64,000 bases of DNA, taken from NCBI GenBank assembly GCA_973895155.1, contig OZ316893.1, positions 9,363,839 to 9,427,838 on the forward strand, given 5' to 3'. Both the position numbers and the translations under genes were made by a program. The notes beneath the pieces were generated by a model that was given only the letters and a program-made list of their open reading frames with translations, was not told where the DNA came from and searched no databases. The DNA is from Marsupella aquatica. Lineage: Eukaryota; Plantae; Marchantiophyta. Within the stretch, counting starts at the first letter, position 1. Each line of letters begins with the position of its first letter. Shown here piece after piece: positions 51,649-63,652 of this stretch.

Positions 51649-54600
51649 TTATGGATCCTCTATGAACTTGCTTGGCCATAATACCAAAGAACCTACAGCA
51701 TCTCCAAGTGTCTTTTGAGGAGGATCATCATTTGTGTTTGGAATGGGAAGGACAGCTTTAGGTTTCACTAGTAATGTGACTAACACTACTGAATAACCTG
51801 GGGGAATCCTCTTGCCATGGAACGATGTGGAACCAACCTGCACTCTGCCAAATCCTACTCGTGTTCCACTCTCATCAACAGCTAACAAGCCACTTTGTCC
51901 CTCAGCATTAGGTGCTTTCCCCACTTCCACCTTAGATCTTTCTGCCAGCACCGTTCTTGGAGGTTTGTATGAAACCTTTGACGTGGCTCTGCTCCCACCA
52001 GCAGACTTGCTTCGTGTGCGCATGCTTCCTCTCTTCACAGTAGTGAAGCTAGGCTCAGTAGGTTCCTCTGTTAGGACTGTCACAGTAGCAGGTTCATCAC
52101 CTGGAAGTGTCATACCAACTAACTCTTTGGTTGGATTTATCTCAACAAGAGGCACACCTGTCATTGAGAATGATACATTCTGCAAATCATTTATCTCTGC
52201 AATGGAGTCAAGATCTACATAGCATGAATCTGGCTCAATGGTATCATTGTCATGCTTGCTGATATCCTCATTTGCCCCAACATTGATATCATCCACTCCC
52301 TTGCCAATGTCATCCTCATCCAAACATGGTTGACTGCCCTCTGTCAAACAAGTTGCTTGTACAGACTGCAACTTTGTTGTCTCTAAATTACAGCGAGTAT
52401 TTGCCAGGTTCTCATACTTCTTCTCTGTAGCACCTGTCTTATTCTCTATGGACACAACAACCACAATATATGTTACTGAAAATAACACATTCAACAAACA
52501 ATGTCAATTCAAACTATACATTTAATAATCATATCCCACACAGTTGTAAAGGCCTTACCTTCAAGCCTACATGTCGTTGGCATGCCAGAAGAGTGCATCG
52601 ACTTTGCCACCTCAAGTGGTGATGGTGGAACTCCTGCAGAATTGGAATCAATTTTATCTCTCACCGACACAACAGCTTCCATTAATGTCTTGAAGTTCAC
52701 ATGGAACAAGTCAGTCAATGAATTCAAACGTTCATTGATCTCTGGAAGACATGTTTTGACAGCCTTCAAACGACCACTTATCTCTGTAAGTGAAGATCCA
52801 CCTCCCTACATGACACAGGGGTATAGGTTCAATCACTCCATATGAAATGTTGGGCAATATATGCACAATCAATGTTATATACAGTGTACACCTGAAATTC
52901 AACACGGGTCATTCAATTACCAATCAGAACTCATATAACTTACATGCTTGGAGGATTCAGATGCACCCTCTTGAGCCCGGGTGTTCACAATTTCAGCCCT
53001 CAACTCTTCTTTTGAAGGGCTTTGCCCCAATTGGGCTTTCTGCACATGCATGGCAAACACAAGTTATCATTATTATTCAGGGAACGTACACTAAAAAACA
53101 AAGTGAACAGTACATAGTGTAGCATAAATTACATAGCTAGGCCATTGATTCTTACCAAACGTTTTGCTGTCGGTGCAGTGCCGGTCCTTCCTGTCAGATT
53201 AGGGTTCTGAACACTCAACCTGGCCTCGGTCATCTGTGAACTCTTCTTTTTTGAAGCATTTGTTACAAAATAAGCTACTAACCTTGCCCATACTTTATCA
53301 TCACAACTGGCTGGTGGAGGCATATCTGGCTTCTCCCCACCTTCCTTCCAAGCCTTATGCATTCTCCACCTCTCTTGCTTGATGATTTTACCTGCTGTAC
53401 TCTCTAAGCAACCTATGTCCACGCCATCATCACTGCCCACATAATTCCATTTGCCAGCAATATTTTCACATACAGTCTTCCAATCTTTTGGATGTTGTTT
53501 TCTAAAATTAATAACACTCACATCTAACCAACGCAATACTTCAGCTTTCAAATCAGCATGCCATCGGTTCTTGCGAGGACACTCAGCATCCACCCATTGT
53601 CTCATTCAACTTTACGTTCCCTTTCTTTGTCACCTCCCCTCGTGCACTGCTCTCGATAGTATTGGGCGTTGTATTGGCCACCCCTTGATTCACCCTACCT
53701 GGGGTTCTGAAGCCACCTGGGAAAATACAATGCCATTCATGCTTGAGAACTACATACAGTAGAATGGATGACAGCAACATTCAATGCTTCACTTCAAGAA
53801 AAATTCTTCAAACTCACATACCTGTAGCTCTGCCTGTAGATGCCTGTGCAGGGACTGCACTCTGGAATTGTTGCGACCCTGGACCACCTGTCCAGCCTAG
53901 TATAGGGGCCGGATGATGTCACTTTCTAGGTATGTGTGTGCAAACAGATGTACTGAAAACTAAGTACAAACTGTAGGAAAACAACTGAACATTCACCGAC
54001 ATACCTGGCCCCCTTCCGTGCTGCATCTGCATAGGGGCATTAGTGAATACTTGAGTCGATGGTTCGACTGTCCAATCTGCACACATACATTTTCTATCAT
54101 TATACATGTGCAGAATCCCCCCCACGTGAATGGACTCCAGATATAATGAGTTCTTCCATTGCTGACAAGATCAGATATTACCTGCCCCTCTTCCAGTGTT
54201 TGTAGGTACTGTATTTTGATATCCCTGCCAATTACCTTCACCACCTTCCCAACCTTGTTCATTCCACGACCCACCACCATCCTCCCAACCTGGTTCAACC
54301 CATGTTTGTCCTTGTGGACATTGGAACTGATCATTACCAGCATTTGCCCATTCAGGTTGGGCAGAATCTGCATGCAATGGCAGGTGGACAGAATTTCATG
54401 TTGTCTGCATCCAATACATCCCAAACAATGTCAAAAATTGATATGCAGTCTGAAATTCAGGAGTGCCATGCCTTCACAAAGAACTGGCATATAGATATAT
54501 ACTCACATCCCCATGGTTGAGGTGGACGTCCATACCCACGAGATTGTGGGTTTGGACCTGCTCTGCCTCTACCACGGGCATAACCTAGAGCTTGCCCCCT

Positions 54601-55411
54601 GCCATAGTATTGGGCACCAGCCTGGGATCTACCACTACTACCACCTCGCCAACCTTGATCAGAGGTCAGCCCCCCTGCTGGTATGGTGCATGCACAAGCT
54701 TCGAAGGCAAAACAAAACTGGCAGGATGCTGCATCACATCACCAACTACAATGTCAGGAACTAAGCAAGGTACATATGTGTAGTACTGAACATATGAAAC
54801 CTCTAAACAAGATTTTTTAACTCAAAACCTTGTTGGGAAAACTACTTACCTGTTTCTTTTGGGGCTGCTCTGCAATGTATTCATCTTCATAACCCCCATC
54901 CTCATCCATTTCCTCTGGAAAATACTCATCATCTGCATCTTCTTGTCTAGTGTCTGCACCCACCTGTGCAGCATCAATGTCATCTCCACATTCTGCCATT
55001 GTAGGTACGACCTTCTTGCTCAACCTGTCACTCCGACGCACAGGCCCAGAGATAGTGCTGGTCACCCTTCTTGCGTACTCCTTTTGTTTCTTTGAAAATG
55101 CTGTGGCTCTACAACATTCCAATATGAGAATACAGTCACAATTTCAGTGCCACATTGAACTATTCATGTCACACAAACTCAGCGGAGGGGTGTAGTTGAG
55201 AATCGTTCCCTTACAATTCAGCCACATCCTTTTCCAGATCCAGTTCTGCGATTTTGGCTTTCACGTATGCTCGTTGTTCCATAGCTTTCCTTTCATACTC
55301 ACACATCTCTGTGTCACTCTGTTCCATCCTACTGGACCACAAAAACATGTCATCTATGGTCACCCCGTATAACACAATGCAACCACAATCACCAGGCATC
55401 CATCCATACAT
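51649..55411 (-). CDS. CACTA TnpA-like multi-exon gene (Ptta/Transposase_24-like region and Tnp1-type C-terminal domain); exon structure approximate
   Basis: 53129-53605: PPASCDDKVWARLVAYF..KKSSQMTEAR; 51649-51900: VGFGRV..FHGKRIPPGYSVVLV..LPIP..TLGDAVGSLVLWP; GT-AG sites between short exons. Confidence 0.7.
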
Positions 55412-55483
55412 CTGTGTTGCTTCAGAATTACTTTATTACACATCCTTCCCCTCACTAATGTCCATGCAAACAATTCACATTAC

Positions 55484-58400
55484 TCATGGCACAGGCACAC
55501 TGTTGGCATCTGCATCTCTGAATTCGCCTCCTTCAGCAAATGCATCTACCCTTGTCACAGGAATGAAGTCCCCGCTATCATGAACTACAGGCACTTGGTC
55601 TGAATGCCGACGATCAAAGGCACTATGAGATTGTAAATGAAACTCAAGGTTTGATCCTTCCATCTGACGTTGCCTGGCCTGTTTATGACACACTACACGC
55701 CAACCTGGGGAGTCTTCCACATCCAGGAAGAAAGCTTGCTCCACCTGACTAGGAAACACAAATGGCTCAGACCATTCAGGCAATTTCCCTCTGAAATTGG
55801 CCAGCAAGAAACCGTCGTTGTCTCTCTTCATGGTAGCCCTGTTACCAAGCCAATCCTGCCGCACCCATGAACCTTTCATAAGAATCACAGGACTGGACAC
55901 CGCCCCATAGTCTAGAGCCCATATGTCAACTAATTCTCCCACATATCCCATCTCCATCCAGGCCCTGTCGTGATTGTGGCTCTGTTGCTCAAATACAGTG
56001 ATGAGCCCGCAGTCATTCGTCACCCTGTAGGCACTGTCACCATCCTTCACTCGAAAGTGATTCCCATATGCTCTCATCCGTTTGTAAGTCTTCACTTTCA
56101 GGCTAGGGGCATTAGACAGTAGGTAAATGTCTGCATCCATGTCTGGGTGGGTCTCGTGATGCTCTCTAATTGCCACTCTGATCCACTCCATGAAACCTGG
56201 AAAAGTTGTTCCTGTAGTGGGATGGGCCACCTTCAATGACTCATACTCCCTGAACGAACAACCACACAACATTAGCTTGGGTAAACATGAACAGGCTGAA
56301 GGAGAAAACCACACGAACACAACATTTAAGCTCATGAACTGGATTATAGCACATGTATGCACTCACTGTATCCAGGGTTCCATCACCACAGTGTTGTGCA
56401 ATACAAAGTCATGTGCCAAGTCTCTCATAGATATGGTTATGTTCTTTGTGGTTGCAGCCCCTTCCAGTACTTCACCTATCACCCCTTCCTCCTCATCAGA
56501 ATTCCACACCCTGGTCTTCACATGCTCATATTGTGCTATGTATTTGGTCAGAAATCCCAAAGTCTCATCCTTGATGTAACCTTTAGCCATGCTTGCTTCA
56601 GGTTTGTAATATGTTCTCACGTGACCTTTGAGTAGCTTCATGTACCGTTCCAAAGGGTACAACCAATGAGCACTCACAGGCCCAAATTGGTGTAGCTCTT
56701 CCACAACATGGACAAGTAGGTGGGTCATGACATCAAAAAATGCGGGAGGAAAATAAATCTCCAGGTCACACAGCACCTGAGCGACATCTTCTGTCAGTTG
56801 TGGGAAGTGTGTTTCATCCCAAACCTTCACACAAATACGACAAAACACATCACTGAGTCGCATGATCACAGTACGAACAGGCTTCTGCAACAGGCCCCTC
56901 AGGCATAAAGGCAACACCTGTTGCATCAACATATGGTAGTCATGGCTTTTCATACTACCAAGCTTTCTAGTCATGATATGCTTCTTGAAAGCACTGCCAT
57001 AGTTTGAAGGAACCTTCAAAGAACTCAACCTCTGCACAAATAGTTCCCACTCTGTGTCTGTCAGAACATAGGGCGCTTGGTACTTCAAGAGCACATCAGC
57101 TCTGTGGGCATGTGGCCTCAACCAAAGATGGGGTTTCATTCCCCTCTGTTCAAGATCCAATCTCACTGAACTAGTGTCTTTCTCCCCACACAAGAATTTG
57201 AGTAGACTCTCACAAATATTCTTTTCAATGTGCATAACATCAATGTTATGTTTGCTTGGCTCAAACTCCTGCATCGTTGCAATGCAAAAGCGTCAGGAAA
57301 TGCCTCAAGTTTAGTCTCTCTCTTCGAAATGAATGCACATGCTCTGAACCAAAACATGTATCCCAATTAGCATCAACTCCAAGAGGCTTACCCTCCAGTA
57401 CTTGAGCTCCAAGTCCAATATGCTCAGTCTTTTTACACCATATCGCTTTATTGGATCACTCACTCCATCTTCCCTGCCCCCTCGTTTGATATAGTCATCC
57501 CTCAGTGCTCCCCACTGCCTGATCTCCTTTTTGGTCACTCGTGCCGGGGGTCCACGTTGCTCAATCTCATTGCCAAAGTGTGCAATCAGTGTCTGTCTTT
57601 CTCTGTAAGGGTGATCTGCCTTCAGAAAACGACGATGGCCCATGTATATCACTTTCTGCAGGGCTCTGGAGTACTCACTGGTGACATTGCGCCCACAGAT
57701 AGTACAAGCACAATATCCTTTTGTTGTTTGGCTTGATATCATCCCATGGGCTGGGTAGTCAGCTATAGTCAGAATGACAATGGCTCTAAGGATGAATGGG
57801 TTTAACCTCCCAAGCCTCTGTAGGACATCATATGTGAGAACTCCTTCCTCCCAAAGCTTTCTCAATTCCTCCACTAGGGGAGCCAGAAACACATCTATGT
57901 TGGCAGATATAGCACTGTCTGGCCCTGGTATCAGTAGGACCATCAGAACAAAAAATCGCTTTGTAGTCATCCAAGGATGAAGGTTATAATTCAAAATAGT
58001 TACAGGCCAGCACGAAAATTTGTTGTTCTTGTCTCCAAATGGATTTACCCCATCCAATGACAGCCCAAGTCTGACATTCCTCGGCTCAACAGCAAATTCG
58101 GGATACATCTCATCTATGAGTTTCCATTGCCTTGAATCTGCAGCATGTCGTTGTAGCCCATCATCACTTTTCTTGTCAGCTGCCCAAGTCATCATCTCCG
58201 AGATGGCACGGCTTCTGAACATCCGCTGAAGTCTGGGAATGAGTGGAAAATGACGAAGTACCTTGGCGGGAACCATAGACTTTCCTGAGTTCCGATACCT
58301 GTGCTTCCCACACTTAGGGCATGTCAACGATTCTTTATACTCCTTTCTGAAAAGAACATGCCCATCAGGACAGGCATGGATCAAATCATAGTTCAATCCA

Positions 58401-59215
58401 AGATTAGATATGCATCTTTTTGCCTCGTACATGTTCTTGGGCAAAATATTACCATCTGGTAGCACAGTTGTTCGCAAGAATGCCAACAACTCAGAAACCA
58501 AAACGTTGGGGACATTGTGATTGCCGCAAATGTTCAGGAACATGATGACAAATCCCAGTTTAGAACATTTGCTACCGGGGTACAAAGACTTCCTGCCTTC
58601 CTGTATTTGCAGGGGAGAGCCAAACATCCCATCATGCCCAGGGGTTTCCTGCCCTATCTCAAACTCATCAAGAGGCTCTTTGACAGGGGGCACACTTGCA
58701 TCTGCAGCCGTATCCTTTTCGTTGTCCAGCCCATCGTGAAATGCATCCAAGTCTTGGAAGATGTCTCTCACCATCTCTTCCACATGAATTCCTTCGTCAC
58801 GTGGTGCTGCCTGAGCACCATCCCGTTGGAGAGCTGACAACCCACAGAGACCAGCTACAATATTTTCAAATGCACCAGGCAGAACCTCACTTGCCCGTCT
58901 TGCAGCATTGGCAACATCAAATTCTAACCTCCACTCCTCGTCGGAAGAATCTTCCTCTGCAGGATCATTCCAAACTCGATGTCGTGGATCTCTTCCATGA
59001 ACCGCGATATGCCACCAAACCTCATTCAGACCCCTGGTACGGGATCCTTGGCACATTGCACAAGGACATCTCATCCTACTGGCTCCTGAAAGTCTGGTTC
59101 GTAACCTTTCACGCTGCCAAAGCTTATTATCATGGCGTGATATCCTTGTGGGATGATGCAAAGGCAGTGCCTGTGCCCTGGGCTGGGTCTGGGGAGGGTG
59201 GTGACCAGGGTGCAT
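55484..59215 (-). CDS. CACTA TnpD/Tnp2 transposase (Transposase_21, DUF4218, DUF4216), 3 exons, apparently intact
   Basis: Exons 59215-57392, 57268-56367, 56249-55484; CPCAMC, IHACPDGH, CPKCG, LRHFPLIPRLQR, RNVRLGLSLDGVNPF, DVMHIEKNI, KSHDYH, FPPAFFDVMTHL, LYPLERYMK, EPFVFPSQVEQAFF. Confidence 0.95.
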
Positions 59216-59562
59216 TGTAACGGGCTGGGAGCTCTGCAGTCATGGACAGCAGTGAACAAGGATGCCTAATGGTGGTATTTGTGTTCCATATATCCCTGAC
59301 TGTATCTGCCAAAAGAGTTAACATAACGTGTACTAAATTCTCACAAACCCTAAACCACCCCAAAAGAAAAAAAACAGGTTCGCGAGTAGTGTACCTATTG
59401 TCAAGTGAATGACACAAAATTCCTAAATGTTGGAGGGTGTCACCACCTCCTCCGCTGTCCTCAAATGTACCGCCTCTGCATGTACACCCATGACCATATC
59501 AGAGTCCAATCATGTATAGTCACAGGCACAGGTGTGAGAGCGGTATCACATATCTCACCTTA

Positions 59563-60195
59563 TTACCAGGTGAGATATGGGTACCAACCCTGTTCTTGAT
59601 GCCACTCAGACCTCAAGTACTCAGGCATGTACATTAAATCATCAAGGTCTAAACCCTGCTCATGCCATGGGGGTCTTGCATCCGTGCCTACAAGCAATGG
59701 ATGCAATGCCCTCCACTGGGGGCAAGTTGCTACCAAGTCCCTCCACCGTGTATTAATTTGTCTATATTTGCAGATATCTTGTGCACAGGACACCATAAGA
59801 ACCCTCGGCCATACATGTGAAAGAACTATATCATCTGCCAAATCAGGCAACAAGGAACCACCTACAACATCGGGCTTGTCTAACTCATCTGCTGAAAAGT
59901 AGATGTCCACTTCGGACAGTGCATCCTCATTCACGATAGATTTAGCGTCTCTTGCATCCTCAGGCGGTGCCAAGAAATGTTTTAGCACCAACCCATGCAG
60001 GAGAGTCCTAACTATGGCCAGCCATATGGCAACCCGGAGGAGGAGCCGTAATAGCGCCTGTTGATCTAGGAAAGGCAACATACCCACCAAAGTCTGCCGC
60101 CGAGGTTTGAGTCCACCCAGTACGTTTACAGTGACACCCCCAGGCAGCAGGAAACAACAATCCGCCAACAGTAAAATAAGCCCAACTGCCACCAA
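59563..60195 (-). CDS. F-box-like protein (start uncertain, probably spliced)
   Basis: LLPDLADDIVLSHVWPRV..KYRQINTRWRDLV resembles the plant F-box motif. Confidence 0.5.
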   Translation of the reverse strand: MVAVGLILLLADCCFLLPGGVTVNVLGGLKPRRQTLVGMLPFLDQQALLRLLLRVAIWLAIVRTLLHGLVLKHFLAPPEDARDAKSIVNEDALSEVDIYFSADELDKPDVVGGSLLPDLADDIVLSHVWPRVLMVSCAQDICKYRQINTRWRDLVATCPQWRALHPLLVGTDARPPWHEQGLDLDDLMYMPEYLRSEWHQEQGWYPYLTW

Positions 60196-60287
60196 TCATA
60201 ACAAGGTACATTAGTTCAAAGATCACATTTATTTCAATGATCTGATTTATACAAAAAAACTTGTGTCCAAACTGATGCTACTACTCC

Positions 60288-61166
60288 TCACTCTGATTCA
60301 GAATTGCTAATGACCCATTCCTCACTTGTTGTCTCATAGTCCTCTCTATAAGGATCCTGACCCTTCCGTGGCCAGGCCTCAAAAAGATCATAGTCCATTG
60401 GGTTTTGACGCTTCCCAGCTGCTACTGATTCCACAAGCCAAGCATATGAAACCACAAACACATTATGGGACATGACATAAAAGCGAATGTCTCCCTTCCC
60501 AAACTTGCGGCAGGCTTTGGGATATGACTTAGTAATGACATGAGTGGTGTCCTCTGTTATATTCTCCTCCACTGTCCCACCTAGGTCAAGCACTGTGGAC
60601 TTGTACACTTTGCACTTAACCTCTCCAATTCCCGCCTCCACAAATACCATGCTCAGCCCTTTCAGAATGGGGGTTGGTTGCTTCGTCTCCTCAGCCAACA
60701 TACTCTTCAGCCTTGTAGAGCTCTGTCCTTTGTTGAGTACAGGTCCATATTGGAGATCAGCAAGCCGTGCCTTTGCTTCCCAGACTTCTTGTTCAGTCCA
60801 AGCTGATGCAGTAGCTTCTTCATCCTCCCACAACTCATATTGCTCAGTATCCTGTACAATCTTATGTGTTATAGAATCTGTGATCCAAGAGGCCTCAACT
60901 ACTTTTAGGCCTTGCTTAGTAATTGCAGAATTCATGTAGGACCATGACCACTTCTTTATCACTGATAGCCATGTCCCTGCAACAACATGTGTAGTCTCTG
61001 GAGTGATGTCCTGAACTACAGTGCCATGGAGCTCAGAGAATCGTTTCTGTACAGTTGGCCAATGCACTTTGGTCAACCCATGCTGGCGATGGACCAAAAT
61101 CGCTCTGACCCCTGTAAACACTGCTGGGTGGTCACACTTTCTACGTTTCCCAGGCTCCATGTACAC
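60288..61166 (-). CDS. Tandem BRCT-domain protein, about 290 aa
   Basis: Two repeats: VFTGV..HGTVVQDITPETTHVV..VVEASWITDSI and ILKGL..LGGTVEENITEDTTHVI..VVSYAWLVESV. Confidence 0.85.
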   Translation of the reverse strand: MYMEPGKRRKCDHPAVFTGVRAILVHRQHGLTKVHWPTVQKRFSELHGTVVQDITPETTHVVAGTWLSVIKKWSWSYMNSAITKQGLKVVEASWITDSITHKIVQDTEQYELWEDEEATASAWTEQEVWEAKARLADLQYGPVLNKGQSSTRLKSMLAEETKQPTPILKGLSMVFVEAGIGEVKCKVYKSTVLDLGGTVEENITEDTTHVITKSYPKACRKFGKGDIRFYVMSHNVFVVSYAWLVESVAAGKRQNPMDYDLFEAWPRKGQDPYREDYETTSEEWVISNSESE

Positions 61167-61752
61167 ACACCCTACGTGATGACAGTGAATTTTGGAAGAA
61201 TGGGTTCACCTGACAATACAAGGACAACAAAATTCCTGCTTTTTGAGTTGATCTGGCCCACTGGTGCTCAGGTCCGATTTTGATAGGTACAAGGGATATG
61301 TGAACAATACATACTAGGCACCTGCACGGATGCAGGACATTGTTTGAATATATACTACAAAATCCATATCCGCGGTGAAATGAAGTGCAACCAACTTGTC
61401 ATGGCACATACATATTTTGTTGTAAAGGAGGAGACATTCAATGACAAACTTATAGGGCAATTTGATTAATTGCATGCCTGATAATTTATACGCTTACAAC
61501 TTAGAAGTCCTGTTTTAATTTAGCAGTCTGATGAAAGTGTTTATGAAAATGACCACTCAACCTAAATACTTCCAAGAAGGCTTGTAAGGATAAGTTTTTA
61601 TAGGCATGTACCCAGCCACTGACGCCAGAGCACAAGATAAGTGCTGCCTATATAAACTCGCCTACCCAACTCCTTTTCAAAATTGGAATCTCTGCAATCT
61701 CAAAAAATAGTACATCCACATCAGGTGCACTGTGCATGTACAATGTTCAGCT

Positions 61753-62433
61753 TCACATCCAAGATATGTGATCTCTCACAGGAGTGCGCAAGGTAGGATC
61801 AATGGCATGGCGATGACAATAAAATATCCATCGATCAACACCATGTGCAGAGTGATCATAGATTTCTCTGTCACGAGCATAACCCTCTGCTTGACGATCT
61901 TTCAGGCAATGATAGTGCCACATAGTGGGACACCTAGCACAGTGGACTATGTCAGTCCAGTAGTCATCATCATGCTCACCACATGCCTTGCACCTATGAA
62001 GTGGGCAAGCTGTGGCATGAGCAGGCAAACACTCAAAACAGAAAAATCTCACACAAAAACGGTCTGGACATTTCCTAACATTTGCTGCAGCATCAACAGA
62101 GCCCTCATAGGACCCCAACTTCCCACACTGTGCACACTTAGCCTGCTTCTCCAAACAATCAGTGCACATCCAGTCTCCCTGGTGTGTTGACAGGAGGCCC
62201 ACGCTTGGACAATTGTTTTCTGCAGCAAGGTCAGACTCCGGGTTGAGGTGGAAATGCCTCATGCAAGGGCCCTCACAAATGACCAGGCCCCCACCATCGT
62301 CACAAATGGCACAACAATGAGCTGCCTTCTGGAAAATCTGACTTGCAGAGAAGTTAGTAGCATCTGCCCCAAGTACACCTGTGTTTCTCACCTCTGTCAC
62401 ACGCTTTTTGGCTTGAATTTTAGGCTGTGCCAT
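61753..62433 (-). CDS. Stand-alone EDM2/NSD-type PHD-finger module, 226 aa
   Basis: CAICDDGG..CEGPCMRHFH..CTDC..CAQCGKLGS..CPLHRCKAC..CARCPTMWHYHCL..IFYCHRHAID..TPVRDH, colinear with the PHD region of plant EDM2 as recalled. Confidence 0.85.
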   Translation of the reverse strand: MAQPKIQAKKRVTEVRNTGVLGADATNFSASQIFQKAAHCCAICDDGGGLVICEGPCMRHFHLNPESDLAAENNCPSVGLLSTHQGDWMCTDCLEKQAKCAQCGKLGSYEGSVDAAANVRKCPDRFCVRFFCFECLPAHATACPLHRCKACGEHDDDYWTDIVHCARCPTMWHYHCLKDRQAEGYARDREIYDHSAHGVDRWIFYCHRHAIDPTLRTPVRDHISWM

Positions 62434-62444
62434 GCCTGCGCATG

Positions 62445-62588
62445 AGATAGACTCTACAATTTAGCAGACTACACAAAAAGTAAAATATATTTAGGATTTA
62501 AGGTACAAAGGCATTTAGATAGACTCTACAATTTAGCAGACTGCACAGAAAGTAAAATATATTTAGCATTTAAGGTACAAAGGCATTT
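62445..62588. repeat. 72-bp tandem duplication just upstream of the PHD ORF
   Basis: agatagactctacaatttagcagact..aaggcattt twice. Confidence 0.85.
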
Positions 62589-63202
62589 GCTACTGCAATG
62601 AATTGGAATGGCCACACAAGGATGCAGAGCACACATACTTTTGGTATGTTGAGCCCACACACAAAATTGATCCCCTAATACAATTTCTCCACCAACACCT
62701 CAATTTTAATTGTGGCTATGATTCACCAAAGGAGATCTGCAACAACATTTCATGCATTTGAATCACATACAATAGTCGTGACATGTAAAACAGGCATTCT
62801 TCGAAGAGGATTGGTATGAAGCAGTGTCATAAGGGTTGTAATTTATACATCCTAAATAGGCTATGATAGTGGCTGAGACAAATAAGTGAGGCATAAATCA
62901 CATTTTGCATATTATCACATGGCCCATTAATTCATTCAACGTTGCAATGTTCACCAGGTTAAAGCAATATTAAAGCAGTCTTTCAATAGAGACTTTTAAG
63001 CGAGTTTGCTAGCCTCTTAAATTAGGATATTTTGCTTAGTGCAGGCATACTAGGATAAGTTATGTACTGTTGACCCTAAACCCTGGACCCAAAATTGCTC
63101 ATACATCAAAATTTTAAGTAAATATCCTCTGTGTTGAAGGCAGAGTGTTAAGCTATAGGTCAATGGTATCTGGTCTATGCATGTGGTGTGACAAGTGGTC
63201 CT

Positions 63203-63652
63203 CTAGAGCATGTGATCCAAACATGTGTAGACACCAAAGCCACCAGTGGTGGGGTCTGGGAGGGCAGGACAAGTGACATCACCAGGCACACTGCAGGATG
63301 GCGAGTGGTTCCAGATGATACATTGTGCTCTGTGCAAAAACCGGCATCCAAGAGAACGGTCATCCAATTCTGGGCCAGAAGCCCTACAGGCAGGACAGTC
63401 ATATTGGCAACTGTGCACACACCCTTGGCACCTAATTTGTGGCGGGTCATGTACAAGAGACACAAATACCAAGGATGTCGGGAAGGGTACTGAAGCAGGT
63501 AGAGGCCGGTTGTAGTTGTTCCTGGAAACAACAGGGTACTCAAAGTACCATGCAGACTGGGCTGGAAGGATCCCAAGTCTGACATACTCAAGGCGCAACA
63601 TCTCTGCCTTGCATGCAAGCCGCACATGTTCAGCGTTGCGGGTCCTCACCAT
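63203..63652 (-). CDS. Cys/His-rich putative zinc-finger protein, 149 aa
   Basis: ATG ORF with CQGCVHSCQYDCPAC..C..H...C..H..C..C..CLDH; family not recognised. Confidence 0.4.
   Translation of the reverse strand: MVRTRNAEHVRLACKAEMLRLEYVRLGILPAQSAWYFEYPVVSRNNYNRPLPASVPFPTSLVFVSLVHDPPQIRCQGCVHSCQYDCPACRASGPELDDRSLGCRFLHRAQCIIWNHSPSCSVPGDVTCPALPDPTTGGFGVYTCLDHML

Noticed and set aside
11602-62433. Functional link between PCF11 and the EDM2-like PHD (both touch polyadenylation)
   Set aside because: 43 kb apart, separated by unrelated nested TEs; proximity is most likely chance
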